Source: Syntrophales bacterium
Lineage (GTDB): Bacteria; Desulfobacterota; Syntrophia; Syntrophales; UBA2185
Length of the DNA: 64,000 nt
NCBI GenBank assembly: GCA_049521775.1
Contig: JBEKOL010000017.1
Location: 2,732-66,731 of the forward strand
Direction: 5' to 3'
The notes below the pieces were generated by a model, which did no database searches, had not been told where the DNA came from, and worked only from the letters and a program-made list of their open reading frames with translations. The first letter of the stretch is position 1. Every line of letters begins with the position of its first letter. The position numbers and the translations under genes are program-made. Shown here piece by piece: positions 18,292-28,263 of this stretch.

Positions 18292-19653
18292 TCATCGTGG
18301 CAACTTATGCGCCCAGCGATCCACGACCAGCCTGCGAGCCTCGTCGGACGTCGATATTGTTCCGTCCAGCTGCGCATCCTCAACAGCATCAAGGATCTCG
18401 CCAAAAAGAGGGCTCGGAGGAAAGCCCATGGCAACGAGATCATCTCCCGTGAGTAACCTCGGAGGACACAGCTCATCGTCCCCCACTTCCGTAAGTTTGC
18501 TCCTGCAGAACTCATGACTATCGAAAAGTCCATGACTCGCAAGGCAGTCCAATCGATGAAGTTCAAGGTGCAGTTGGAAGTCGGACATCCTGAGAAAGCG
18601 CTTTAATCTGTTCGGCCGCATATCCGTGACGTTCATGAAAAGCATATGATAATGAATGAGGGCAAGAATGCCCTCCATGTCTGCACGGGAGAACCTGAGG
18701 CGCCGCATCAGTGCCTCCGCGATCTTCTCGCCTTCGCGTACATGACCATAGAAATGAATGCCTGAATCATCTAAGGAACCTGTAAGGGCCTTGCCAACGT
18801 CGTGCAACAGGATGCCCCAGGCAAGGCGCGAGTCTACCTCAACGCCTTCTCCTGAAGGCAACAGGTCAAGCATTCGGAGTGTATGTTCCCATACGTCGCC
18901 TTCCGGGTGGAATGCTGGCGGCTGTTCGATACCGCGCAGGCAATCTACCTCGGGCAAGATTTCCGCAATAAGACCGATTGCAGCCATTATTTCCATTCCG
19001 CGGCGCGCACCACCGCGCGTGAGGAGTTTCGTCAATTCGTCTCGGATACGCTCGGCGCTGATACGTTTTATCTCGAAAGCATGTCGCTTTATGGCACGGA
19101 AAGTATCGGAATCAATTGTGTACCCAAGGTTGGCGGAAAAACGGACAGCGCGAAGCATTCTTAAATGATCCTCTGCAAAGCGCTCGTCAGGATTTCCGAT
19201 TGTCCGGATTACATGGTCCTCGATATCCTTCTTGCCGCCGACATAATCGATGACGTTCCCCGTTATCGGATCCATGAGCAGGGCGTTGATGGTGAAGTCG
19301 CGGCGGCACACGTCCCCATGTGCGCTCGTGAATTCGACATGAGAAGGTCTGCGTCCATCTTCATAGCCACTCTCGGCACGAAATGTGGCGACTTCATAAC
19401 CGTGGCCTTCCTCAACCACAACCACGACGCCAAAACTTATACCCACGGGCACTACATGAAGAAAGAGCGAACACACCTCCTCGGGCCGCGCTGAGGTAAC
19501 GATATCATAATCTCCAGGTTCCACGCCGCGTAGTAGATCACGCACGCATCCACCCACAAAGTAGGCTTCATGGCCGGCATTTCGCAACTGATGAACAATG
19601 CTTGCCGCCGTATCGCGAGATGCTTTGAATTTTCCGGAACTATCAGCTAACAA
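18292..19653 (-). CDS. cca: CCA tRNA nucleotidyltransferase with HD domain
   Basis: PolyA-polymerase head motif YFVGGCVRDLL..DYDI, RRDFTINAL, and the HD motif LLHDVGK. The only start that retains the GGCVRD motif is TTG at 19653, preceded by AAGGGAAG. Confidence 0.85.
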   Translation of the reverse strand: MLADSSGKFKASRDTAASIVHQLRNAGHEAYFVGGCVRDLLRGVEPGDYDIVTSARPEEVCSLFLHVVPVGISFGVVVVVEEGHGYEVATFRAESGYEDGRRPSHVEFTSAHGDVCRRDFTINALLMDPITGNVIDYVGGKKDIEDHVIRTIGNPDERFAEDHLRMLRAVRFSANLGYTIDSDTFRAIKRHAFEIKRISAERIRDELTKLLTRGGARRGMEIMAAIGLIAEILPEVDCLRGIEQPPAFHPEGDVWEHTLRMLDLLPSGEGVEVDSRLAWGILLHDVGKALTGSLDDSGIHFYGHVREGEKIAEALMRRLRFSRADMEGILALIHYHMLFMNVTDMRPNRLKRFLRMSDFQLHLELHRLDCLASHGLFDSHEFCRSKLTEVGDDELCPPRLLTGDDLVAMGFPPSPLFGEILDAVEDAQLDGTISTSDEARRLVVDRWAHKLPR

Positions 19654-19705
19654 AGATCATCTTCCCTTTTCATTATCCTGATACGCTGAAAGACGGAGAG
19701 CCTTT

Positions 19706-20503
19706 CTATTCATCCGATGAAATCGGGAAAAAATGCGTTATCAATCTGTATCCTGTGCCGGTGCTGTATGAAGTCTTTATCGCTTGGGTTATATAGGCCT
19801 TTGCCCCTGCCACTGCTTTAGCTACGCTCTCACCTTTGGCCAACAGGGTAGCAATGGCCGCAGAAAAAGTGCAGCCTGTGCCGTGCGTTTCCTTTTTATC
19901 GATTCTTTCAGAGGAAAATTGGCGAAATTTCTTGCCGTCATAGAGGATATCTAAGGCATCGCCAGCCAGATGTCCTCCTTTAATCACCACATTCTTCGCG
20001 CCAAAGCCGTAAATTACCTTCGCAGCTTCTTTCATGTCGGACGTAGAGGTTATTTGCATTTCTGCTAAGGCCTCGGCTTCAGGTATATTCGGCGTCACGA
20101 CGAAGGCCAGTGGAATCAATTCTCTGATCAATGCCTCCCTCGCCTTGCCTCTGATCAATGCCTCCCCTCCCTTGGCTGCCATTACCGGATCGACGACTAG
20201 CTTCTTAATGCCGTATTTCCTGATTATGCCCGCCACTGCCTTTAATATACCGGTGCTCGTCAGCATCCCCGTTTTTGCAGCGTCAACGCCTATATCGGTC
20301 ATGACAGACGTAAACTGCTTCTCTACAAACTCAGGCGAGATCTCATAAATATCCTGGATGCCAAAGGTGTTCTGAGCGGTGAGGGCTGTAATAACGCTCA
20401 TCCCCAAACCGCCTAATGCCATGATCGTCTTCAGATCCGCCTGTATCCCTGCGCCGCCGCAGGAATCCGAACCGGCGATGGTTAAAACCCGGACTAACTT
20501 CAT
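19706..20503 (-). CDS. thiD: Hydroxymethylpyrimidine/phosphomethylpyrimidine kinase
   Basis: VLTIAGSDSCGGAGIQADLKT, VVDPVM, GTGCTFSAAIA: classic ThiD (ribokinase-fold) motifs. Confidence 0.9.
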   Translation of the reverse strand: MKLVRVLTIAGSDSCGGAGIQADLKTIMALGGLGMSVITALTAQNTFGIQDIYEISPEFVEKQFTSVMTDIGVDAAKTGMLTSTGILKAVAGIIRKYGIKKLVVDPVMAAKGGEALIRGKAREALIRELIPLAFVVTPNIPEAEALAEMQITSTSDMKEAAKVIYGFGAKNVVIKGGHLAGDALDILYDGKKFRQFSSERIDKKETHGTGCTFSAAIATLLAKGESVAKAVAGAKAYITQAIKTSYSTGTGYRLITHFFPISSDE

Positions 20504-20511
20504 TTGCCACC

Positions 20512-21198
20512 TCAGGGTAGAATCCCCGCTCTGAAATATCTAATTACAAGGAGGTGACCGGTTCTGACGGAAATAACACCCTTCGCGGCAGCTAAGCGAT
20601 TGCTGACCCCATACGGTGTCCCGATTTCCATTGCTCCATCTTTAAGTGGAAATTCAAATCCATCGATTGTTATTCCCGTTACCATATCCGAAAGAGGGAG
20701 AAGAGACACCGTCTGCCCCGGTTCACCTTCAATGACATACTCGTGGCTCACAATAAAAGTCTCACACAATTCATCAATCAATTTAATTTGTATGCCTTTT
20801 TTTAATCCCAAAGCCAGGAGTGATACATTGGCAAGGGTATGATCGATCCTGGTTCCGAAGGCGCCGAACACATAGATTTCATCAGGGGCAACACCAAAAG
20901 CATATTCCAAAGCCAGTTGTGTATCAGTTTCGTTCTTGCCCTCCGGAAATCTGATAATTCGGCTCCCTCGCTCCTTGAAGTACTTCAGCATATCGGGCTT
21001 CAGAGAATCCATATCGCCTATTATGACATGCGGGACCAAACCGATTGCGCGAAGATAGCCGGCACCGCTGTCTGCACAGATTATCTCGGCAGGTTTCAAT
21101 TCGGAGATCTTTGACCGGAAGAACACCAGGTCACTGATCTCGCCGCCGGCAACAACTAATATGACTTTATTCATGGGATTAATATGGGAACTTGTCAA
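20512..21198 (-). CDS. thiN: Thiamine pyrophosphokinase
   Basis: CADSGA..IIGDMDS, EKNETD and GTRIDHTLAN motifs of the TPK catalytic domain, plus a C-terminal thiamine-binding beta domain. Confidence 0.75.
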   Translation of the reverse strand: MTSSHINPMNKVILVVAGGEISDLVFFRSKISELKPAEIICADSGAGYLRAIGLVPHVIIGDMDSLKPDMLKYFKERGSRIIRFPEGKNETDTQLALEYAFGVAPDEIYVFGAFGTRIDHTLANVSLLALGLKKGIQIKLIDELCETFIVSHEYVIEGEPGQTVSLLPLSDMVTGITIDGFEFPLKDGAMEIGTPYGVSNRLAAAKGVISVRTGHLLVIRYFRAGILP

Positions 21199-21237
21199 AA
21201 GGATTACCTAATGTCTGGCCACCAATCCCCGGGCTCT

Positions 21238-22002
21238 CTATATGATGCCAAAGATATCCTTTGTATTTTGATATGTCACATTGGCCAATTCTTCAAGGGA
21301 CAGGCCTTTTATCTCCGCCACCTTTCTTGCCGTATGGACAACATAGGCAGGTTCATTTCTTTTCCCCCTATTGGGATGAGGGGTAATGTACGGCGCATCT
21401 GTTTCTACCAGAAGACTCGTTACTGGGATATATTTCACCACTTCTTTAAGCTTTTCTGACTTGCCGAATGTAATAGCTCCCGGTATAGATATGAGAAATC
21501 CCATGTCGAGACATTTTGCGGCCATCGTTTGGTCGCCGGAAAAGCAGTGAATGACCCCTCTGTGCTCCCGCTTCCACCTTCCGAGCATGTCCACGGTTTC
21601 CTTATGGGCGTCACGATCATGTATGATTACAGGTAGCCCAATCTCGCCCGCTACCTCCAGCTGTTCTGCAAACCTCCTGATCTGCGTCTCCCTAGGAGAC
21701 AGATTGCGGAAAAAATCAAGACCGATTTCTCCGAAGGCCACAACTTTATCCATTTTCGCCAGTTTCTTGAGAGAATCATAAGTCCCATCATCAATTTCCT
21801 TTACATCATGGGGATGGATGCCAATCGCCGCATACACATTCTTAAACTTCCCGGCAATGGAGACCGCCTTTCTGCAGTCATCGAGGGTCGTGCCAACCGT
21901 TACAATCAGGTCAACTCCCGCGTCTTCAGCCCTCTTTATAACTTCGGCCCTGTCGCGGTCGAAATCCTTCATCTCCAGATGTACATGCGAGTCAGCGAGC
22001 AT
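21238..22002 (-). CDS. tatD: TatD-family metal-dependent hydrolase
   Basis: DSHVHL at the N-terminus, GEIGLDF, PVIIHDRDAH, GVIHCFSG, LLVETDAPY. Confidence 0.9.
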   Translation of the reverse strand: MLADSHVHLEMKDFDRDRAEVIKRAEDAGVDLIVTVGTTLDDCRKAVSIAGKFKNVYAAIGIHPHDVKEIDDGTYDSLKKLAKMDKVVAFGEIGLDFFRNLSPRETQIRRFAEQLEVAGEIGLPVIIHDRDAHKETVDMLGRWKREHRGVIHCFSGDQTMAAKCLDMGFLISIPGAITFGKSEKLKEVVKYIPVTSLLVETDAPYITPHPNRGKRNEPAYVVHTARKVAEIKGLSLEELANVTYQNTKDIFGII

Positions 22003-22039
22003 AAGCCCTTCCGTGCGAGAACATCGTTCGCCAGCTGTA

Positions 22040-22195
22040 TTATTCTATTTCTATTTCATCCGCACAAGAGGACACGTCGGGAAGTTCCTTAAGGTAGGAT
22101 TGCAAATCCTTCTCAGTAATCTCCCCATCAAGCAACATCTTTGTAAGAATTCTCTTATCAGTCTCACCCTCGCAACCAGGCCTTCTTTCCTTCAT
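22040..22195 (-). CDS. Small acidic hypothetical protein (51 aa from the SD-preceded ATG; the track ORF extends to 22222)
   Basis: The internal ATG at 22195 is preceded by GGGAGGAAG plus 5 nt. The gene is co-directional with tatD, 37 nt upstream of it. No recognisable motif. Confidence 0.35.
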   Translation of the reverse strand: MKERRPGCEGETDKRILTKMLLDGEITEKDLQSYLKELPDVSSCADEIEIE

Positions 22196-22290
22196 TATGA
22201 CTTCCTCCCTTTTCTCGGACATTGATCAGGACTGAATATCTATTACACTTTTTCTTTTTTTTCAACAAATACTCAAAGTGGAGCAACTCC

Positions 22291-22319
22291 TTGACAGGCA
22301 AAATTAAATTGGATAAATT
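22291..22319 (+). promoter_or_regulatory. Putative sigma70-type promoter for the Trp-rich membrane protein gene
   Basis: TTGACA (22291-22296), a 17-nt spacer, then TAAATT (22314-22319). Confidence 0.3.
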
Positions 22320-22411
22320 CTTAGAGTCTTATAGCGGCGTGAACTTGTCACCATTATTTCTCTCTTCTTTTTGTTCTCCGTTTTCGTATCAGGTTGCAAA
22401 CAGGTGTTACA

Positions 22412-23278
22412 ATGGATATGAAATTGACGTCACGTGTTTGGAACTGGCCGGTTTACGGGTGGCTCGGTTCAGTACTGGCCGTCACATTATGGATTCTGAA
22501 CTGGTGTCTTTCCGGACTGCGCACTCAGTGGGGGTTTTTCCCCATGTGGCTGGGATACTGCCTCACTGTCGATGCCATGGTTTTCACTCGGAAAGGCCAT
22601 TCGCTCTTAACCCGCAGTCCCAGCTCCTATGCGGTGCTCTTTCTGATTTCCGTGTCGGCATGGTGGCTTTTTGAAATTATAAATCTGCGCACGCAGAACT
22701 GGTACTACCTGGGTGAGCAATACTTCTCCGATGCTGAGTATTTTCTGTATTCTTCGCTGAGCTTCTCAACGGTCATGCCTGCAGTATTCGGCACGGCCGA
22801 GTTGGCCGGTACATTCACCTGGATAAACAGAACAAAATCCAACCTCCGACTTGAGGTCACTCCAGACAGACTGATTGCCCTCTTTGCTACAGGACTTATC
22901 ATGATGCTGTTGATGCTGATCTGGCCTAATTACTTTTTTTGTTTTGTTTGGCTTTCAGTCTATTTAATGCTCGAACCGCTGAATGCCTGGCTGAAGAACC
23001 GCACACTTCTCCAGTATATTTCCACGGGCAACTGGCAACCGCTACTGGCTCTGTGGGTCGGATGCATCATATGTGGTTTCTTCTGGGAGATGTGGAACTT
23101 TTACTCGTATCCGAAGTGGATATATTATATACCCTTCTTCAATTTCCTCCACATTTTTGAAATGCCCCTGCTCGGCTATCTCGGATACCTCCCATTCTCT
23201 ATGGAACTATTTGCCCTGTATCACTTCACGATTGGCTTGCTCAAATCCGGCCGGGCAGAGGACTACATCCAGATTTGA
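22412..23278 (+). CDS. Polytopic, Trp/Tyr/Phe-rich integral membrane protein of unknown function
   Basis: About 7-8 hydrophobic segments and no family motif I can name. The track ORF starts at TTG 22394; the first ATG is at 22412. Confidence 0.55.
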   Translation: MDMKLTSRVWNWPVYGWLGSVLAVTLWILNWCLSGLRTQWGFFPMWLGYCLTVDAMVFTRKGHSLLTRSPSSYAVLFLISVSAWWLFEIINLRTQNWYYLGEQYFSDAEYFLYSSLSFSTVMPAVFGTAELAGTFTWINRTKSNLRLEVTPDRLIALFATGLIMMLLMLIWPNYFFCFVWLSVYLMLEPLNAWLKNRTLLQYISTGNWQPLLALWVGCIICGFFWEMWNFYSYPKWIYYIPFFNFLHIFEMPLLGYLGYLPFSMELFALYHFTIGLLKSGRAEDYIQI

Positions 23279-23398
23279 AAAGATAGTTATGGAAACGAAG
23301 CAACGGGGCTGCGGTCGGGGACGGTGAGAAAGGCGAGTCATCGATTTATCATTAGGGGTGGCACCGAACTTCAACATTTCGGAACAAATTCCTCAGCC

Positions 23399-24706
23399 CT
23401 ATGTCTTGCGTCTATCTATAACAACCCCGGCTTTGCCTTCATGCTTGGCAATCGTGTTGGGCGCCACGAGCTTCACTGCAGCGCTTACTCCTATTACCGA
23501 CCTTATCTTTTTTTCAACCATCTCTAAAAAAGCTTTTTGCCTTTTCATTTCGTCAAAGAAGGTCCCTTCTGCAGCCTCAAAATGAACCTCCAACAGATCA
23601 TGGGCGTCTTTCCGATCCGCCACAATCTGATAGTGCGGCGCAGTTCCCACGATTGCGGCCAATACGGACTCTATCTGCGAAGGAAATACGTTAACCCCCC
23701 TGATGATAAGCATGTCGTCTGACCGTCCCGCTGTCTTATTCATCCGCACCATGGTTCTCCCGCATCTGCATGGCCCATATTCAAGAGATGTCATGTCCCC
23801 CGTGCGATAACGGATCATGGGAAAGGCCTCTTTCTTGAGGGTTGTCAGAACGAGTTCCCCCACGCGCCCACCTGACAACTGTTCACCCGTCTTAGGGTCG
23901 ATAATCTCCGGAATAAAGGCATCTTCAAAGATGTGCATGCCGCATCTGTATTCACATTCGCCTGCCACGCCGGGACCGATAATCTCCGATAAGCCGTAAT
24001 TGTCTGTGGCGGTAATACCCAGTCTCGATTCAATCTCTTCGCGCATGGCCTCCGATAATGGTTCTCCGCCAAATAGGCCGACCCTCAATGACAACTTCTT
24101 CGGGTCAACGCCGATACGATCCATCCTCTCTGCCAGTGTTATCGCATAGGTCGGCGTGGAAATGAGAACTGATGTTCTGTAGTCCTGCATGATCATTATC
24201 TGCTTTTCAGTGTTGCCAGTGCCCGTGGGTATGACACTTGCCCCAATGGCCTCCGCCCCGTAATGAAACCCGAAGGCACCCGTATATAGACCGTAACTGA
24301 AGGTAATTTGCACCATATCATCGCGTGTAACCCCAGCAGCAGTCATAACTCGGGCCACAAGATTTGTCCACGCCTTGATGTCATTTCTTGTATAGCCAAC
24401 GACAACGGGTTTTTCAGTCGTTCCCGATGATGAATGCACCCGCACCACTTCACGAAGAGGAACCGCAAACATGCCGTAGGGATAATTCATCCTCAAGTTT
24501 TCCTTGCTGGTAAACGGGATGTTCACCAACCCGGAAAGGGACTGCATATTTTCAGGGACAATCTCTAACTCGTCAAACATCTTGCGATAGAACGTCACAT
24601 TCTTGTAAACCCTGTTTAGAGTTGCCTGCAGCCTTTCGAGCTGAAGTTGCTCCAGCTCTTCGCGTAGCATACATTCATATTTGGCATCCCAAATGTTCAT
24701 AAGCAC
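23399..24706 (-). CDS. paaK: Phenylacetate-CoA ligase family protein
   Basis: PaaK-type N-terminus (..EELEQLQLERLQATLNRVY..FYRKMFDE), AMP motif SSGTTEKPVVV, YGLSEIIGPGVA, and the C-terminal ACT-like tail. Confidence 0.88.
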   Translation of the reverse strand: MLMNIWDAKYECMLREELEQLQLERLQATLNRVYKNVTFYRKMFDELEIVPENMQSLSGLVNIPFTSKENLRMNYPYGMFAVPLREVVRVHSSSGTTEKPVVVGYTRNDIKAWTNLVARVMTAAGVTRDDMVQITFSYGLYTGAFGFHYGAEAIGASVIPTGTGNTEKQIMIMQDYRTSVLISTPTYAITLAERMDRIGVDPKKLSLRVGLFGGEPLSEAMREEIESRLGITATDNYGLSEIIGPGVAGECEYRCGMHIFEDAFIPEIIDPKTGEQLSGGRVGELVLTTLKKEAFPMIRYRTGDMTSLEYGPCRCGRTMVRMNKTAGRSDDMLIIRGVNVFPSQIESVLAAIVGTAPHYQIVADRKDAHDLLEVHFEAAEGTFFDEMKRQKAFLEMVEKKIRSVIGVSAAVKLVAPNTIAKHEGKAGVVIDRRKT

Positions 24707-24721
24707 CTCACGTTTTTCTCA

Positions 24722-25465
24722 TTAACGTTCCCAAATTTGTTTTCTGTCTTTTCCGAGATATGCCCTTTGCACGTCCTTATTCGCCAGAAGCTCCGCCGCT
24801 GTCTCTTCAAGAATTACCTTGCCCGTTTCAAGCACATAACCACGATCGGCAACCTTGAGCGCCACTCGTGCATTCTGTTCTACGAGAAGTATCGAAGTTC
24901 CCCGCTCCCTGCGGAGCTCCTCGATGACCCGAAATATCTCCTGCACCAGCAGCGGAGCAAGTCCCATCGCCGGTTCGTCAAGCAGGAGCAGCCGCGGTTT
25001 CGCCATAAGCGATCGGCCTATAGCCAACATCTGCTGCTCACCCCCTGACAGGGTTCCTGATATCTGTTTATGTCTTTCCCCAAGGCGTGGGAATAGCGCA
25101 TAGACCGCGTCCTTATCCTTCATTATGTCTTTCCTTCTTTCTCCGGCCTCGCAGCGGAGGTATGCGCCAAGTTCAAGATTATCCTCAACGGAAAGTGGTT
25201 TAAAAATCTGCCTTCCCTCTGGAACCTGGGACACGCCCAGCTTTACTACGGCATCCGTGGAAAGTCTGCTGATCAACATGCCGTCAAGATGTATTTCACC
25301 ATTTTCGGGAGGCGTGACAGCAGAGACTGTATTTAATATTGTCGTCTTCCCGGCGCCATTAGACCCTATCAAAGCAACTATCTCTCCGGCATTGACATGG
25401 AGGGAGACGTTTCTCAGGGCATGCAGTTTACCGTAATATGTGTTGATATTCTTAATTTTCAACAT
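24722..25465 (-). CDS. livF: Branched-chain amino acid ABC transporter ATP-binding protein (LivF type)
   Basis: Walker A GSNGAGKTT, signature LSGGEQQML, Walker B LLLLDEP. Confidence 0.9.
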   Translation of the reverse strand: MLKIKNINTYYGKLHALRNVSLHVNAGEIVALIGSNGAGKTTILNTVSAVTPPENGEIHLDGMLISRLSTDAVVKLGVSQVPEGRQIFKPLSVEDNLELGAYLRCEAGERRKDIMKDKDAVYALFPRLGERHKQISGTLSGGEQQMLAIGRSLMAKPRLLLLDEPAMGLAPLLVQEIFRVIEELRRERGTSILLVEQNARVALKVADRGYVLETGKVILEETAAELLANKDVQRAYLGKDRKQIWER

Positions 25466-25481
25466 TGTTAATAAACCACCT

Positions 25482-26234
25482 TTAACCCTCTCCCAGGTAA
25501 GCTTTTATCACTTTTTCATCTTCTTGAATTTGTCGTGGCGTCCCTTCCGCAAGTTTATGCCCGAGATTGAGAACTACGATGCGGCTGCAGATATCCATAA
25601 CCAGCTCCATATCATGCTCCACAAGAGCCACGGCAATACCCGAATCCATTATCCTCTTAATCAGCAGGGCAAGATCAGAAGTCTCTCTGCTGTTGAGTCC
25701 CGCTGCCGGTTCATCCAGGAGGATGATCCGAGGTTCAACGGCCATCGCACGGGCGATCTCGAGGAGCCTCCCCTTGCCGAACGGCAAATTGGCCGCTTTC
25801 ATATGAGCCAGTTCCGAGATGCCTGCAAATTCGAGCCAGGAAATTGCCCGTTCTCTGATATGGCGTTCCTCCCGCAATTGGGCCGGCAATCTTAAAGCCG
25901 AAGAAATGATGCCACTTTGTGACCTTGTGTGAAGACCAACCATGACATTTTCCAGAACCGTCATTTGACCGAACAACTCAATACCCTGAAATGTGCGCAC
26001 CATGCCGAGTCTGGCAAGCTTTTCCGGAGGAAATCCGGTTACATCTTTCCCGTCATAGTAGACCTTTCCGGATGTGGGATAATATATACCCGTTACAATA
26101 TTAAACAGCGTCGTCTTGCCCGCTCCATTAGGACCAATAATGCCGGTAATCTCGCCTGCTGAAATTGAGAAAGAAACGCCCTGCAGGGCCGTGAGGCCGC
26201 CGAAGATCTTCGTCATGTCTTCAATTCTAAGCAC
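25482..26234 (-). CDS. livG: Branched-chain amino acid ABC transporter ATP-binding protein (LivG type)
   Basis: Walker A GPNGAGKTT, LPFGKGRLLEIARA, Walker B ILLDEPAAG. I place the start at GTG 26234 (GGAG plus 8 nt, giving VLRIEDMTKIFGG). The track ORF runs to 26291 but would overlap livM by 44 nt. Confidence 0.88.
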   Translation of the reverse strand: MLRIEDMTKIFGGLTALQGVSFSISAGEITGIIGPNGAGKTTLFNIVTGIYYPTSGKVYYDGKDVTGFPPEKLARLGMVRTFQGIELFGQMTVLENVMVGLHTRSQSGIISSALRLPAQLREERHIRERAISWLEFAGISELAHMKAANLPFGKGRLLEIARAMAVEPRIILLDEPAAGLNSRETSDLALLIKRIMDSGIAVALVEHDMELVMDICSRIVVLNLGHKLAEGTPRQIQEDEKVIKAYLGEG

Positions 26235-26247
26235 CTGAAAATCTCCA

Positions 26248-27219
26248 TTAGACCTTTTTCGCAGAAGGGAGATCAGACTTAACCTTTGCAAGCAGGAATC
26301 TGGCCAAAAGCGGCACGCCTCGTACGAGGCCGCCCGGCATAAACATGGTCATTACTATCAGAACAATGCCGTAAACGACAATATCATAATCCTGAAACGT
26401 CCTGAAAAGCTCCGGCATTAGCGTCAGAATGGCAGCGCCCAGAAAAGAGCCGTAGATACTGCCCAGTCCCCCGATAATCACCATAGTAAGCAGTTCTATG
26501 GAAACATTGAACCCGAAGGATGCAGGCGAGATAAACTGAACTGTGTGGGCATAGAGACTTCCGGCAAGAGCAGAAAAAATGCCCGAAACGGTAAAGATCT
26601 GCACCTTTAAGAGTCTGACATTCACTCCCAAGATGCGGGCCGCCACCTCGGAGTCGTGAATGGCCCGAAGAGCCCTGCCGATCCTTGAGGCGGAAAGATT
26701 GACAGATAGAAGAATGGTGACCATGGCAAACGACCAGACCAAATAATAATTTTTCATGTCAGTATTGAAGATAATTCCGCAGATGGAGAGATTCGGTATA
26801 CCGGGCAATCCTGAAGGGCCGCCAGTTATATCGACAGTTTCGTTGAAGATAATGTAAGCGATAATCCCCATGCCGAGCGTTGCCATCGCCAGGTAATGTC
26901 CCTTGAGCTTAAGGATGGGAAAGCCGAAGATAAAGGCTATGATACCCACACCAATGACGGCGATGACCATGGCCACCCAGGGATTCGCGGCGTGTGTTGC
27001 CGTCAACACGCCGGATATGTAAGCGCCGAGGCCAAAAAAAGCCGCCTGCCCCAGAGAGATCTGACCGGCAAGCCCCAACAGCAAGTTCAGAGCCACGGCT
27101 AAAATAGTATAAATGCCGACGAAGACCAGCACATTCACAATATAGCCCCCCTTGAAGAACACCGGCGCCGTGAGGACTGCGGCAGCAAATACAAGAAATT
27201 TCATCAGTTCATGTTTCAT
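26248..27219 (-). CDS. livM: Branched-chain amino acid ABC transporter permease (LivM type)
   Basis: Polytopic permease. GQISLGQAAFFGLGAY and the LivM-type topology. Confidence 0.88.
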   Translation of the reverse strand: MKHELMKFLVFAAAVLTAPVFFKGGYIVNVLVFVGIYTILAVALNLLLGLAGQISLGQAAFFGLGAYISGVLTATHAANPWVAMVIAVIGVGIIAFIFGFPILKLKGHYLAMATLGMGIIAYIIFNETVDITGGPSGLPGIPNLSICGIIFNTDMKNYYLVWSFAMVTILLSVNLSASRIGRALRAIHDSEVAARILGVNVRLLKVQIFTVSGIFSALAGSLYAHTVQFISPASFGFNVSIELLTMVIIGGLGSIYGSFLGAAILTLMPELFRTFQDYDIVVYGIVLIVMTMFMPGGLVRGVPLLARFLLAKVKSDLPSAKKV

Positions 27220-27236
27220 TTAGCTGTCCAATAATT

Positions 27237-28145
27237 TCATACCCTTTCCGCTTCCCCATTTCCGAATAAACCCTGAGGCCTGATCAACAGGATGATAAGG
27301 AGAATGATAAAGGCAATGGCGTCCTTATAACCTGACGATATTAAACCCGCCCCGAGAGACTCCAGAACGCCTACAATCAAACCACCGGCAACAGTTCCCA
27401 TACCGCCGCTCATACCGCCGATGATGGCGGCGCAGAATCCCTTCAATCCGAGCATGACGCCCACATCATATGACGTCATGGTAAGAGGTGCGATGATGAT
27501 TCCCGCTGCAGCCCCCATGGCCGAACTTATGACGAAGGAAAAGAGCATCATCCGCCTGACATCGATCCCCACAAGCCTTGACGCTATCCGGTTGAAAGAG
27601 CAGGCGCGCATCGCTTTCCCGCTTATGCTGTGGTGGAAAAAAAGCCTGTTTGCTGCGATGATTATCAGAGTGACGCCAAAAATCCAAATGTTCTGTGGCA
27701 TTATTGTGGCGCCAATAAAAATGATCGGCTCATTTCCCGAAAACATGGGCAGGGCATGCGTATCCTTTCCCCAGAGGAGCATGGCAATTCCGCGGATAAG
27801 AATGCTTCCACCTATAGTGATGATAACGAGAATGATCGGTTCAGCATCCTTAAGGGGACTGATGGCGAGGCGTTCAAATAATGCGCCCACCGCCGTAGCG
27901 ACCACAATAGCAAGGACGACGGCGAGCGGAAGGGAAAGCTCCAGAGTGACGTGGAAGAATAAGGTCAGCATACCTCCCAGCATCACAAACTCGCCCTGAG
28001 CAAAGTTTATTATGCTCGTGGAATTGTAAATGATGGCAAAACCAAGCCCGATGAGGGCGTAAATTGCCCCGGTAGAGAGACCGGACAGAGTATATTGCAG
28101 TAACTGCTCAAGAAGTTCCATAGGATCAATACTCATATGTGACAA
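27237..28145 (-). CDS. livH: Branched-chain amino acid ABC transporter permease (LivH type)
   Basis: GLSTGAIYALIGLGFAIIY..INFAQGEFVMLG, typical of LivH. Confidence 0.88.
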   Translation of the reverse strand: MSHMSIDPMELLEQLLQYTLSGLSTGAIYALIGLGFAIIYNSTSIINFAQGEFVMLGGMLTLFFHVTLELSLPLAVVLAIVVATAVGALFERLAISPLKDAEPIILVIITIGGSILIRGIAMLLWGKDTHALPMFSGNEPIIFIGATIMPQNIWIFGVTLIIIAANRLFFHHSISGKAMRACSFNRIASRLVGIDVRRMMLFSFVISSAMGAAAGIIIAPLTMTSYDVGVMLGLKGFCAAIIGGMSGGMGTVAGGLIVGVLESLGAGLISSGYKDAIAFIILLIILLIRPQGLFGNGEAERV

Positions 28146-28263
28146 ATCACATTAATATAGACTTCTAGCGAGATTTCTCGCGGAGTTTACCCTCAGTAAA
28201 CCGAAGGACTCGAAACGACGGTCTCAGTAATTTATAGAGGCGATGATCTCCAGATTCTAAATG

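Noticed and set aside
25482-26291. The longer LivG ORF starting at ATG 26291.
   Set aside because: It would overlap livM by 44 nt and add a non-family leader (MQRLSLISLLRKRSNGDFQ). The GTG at 26234 has a GGAG SD and gives the usual LivG N-terminus. The choice is not proven.
27421-27999. 192-aa ORF on the plus strand.
   Set aside because: It is antisense to the livH permease gene and has a low-complexity Met/Ala/Ile composition.
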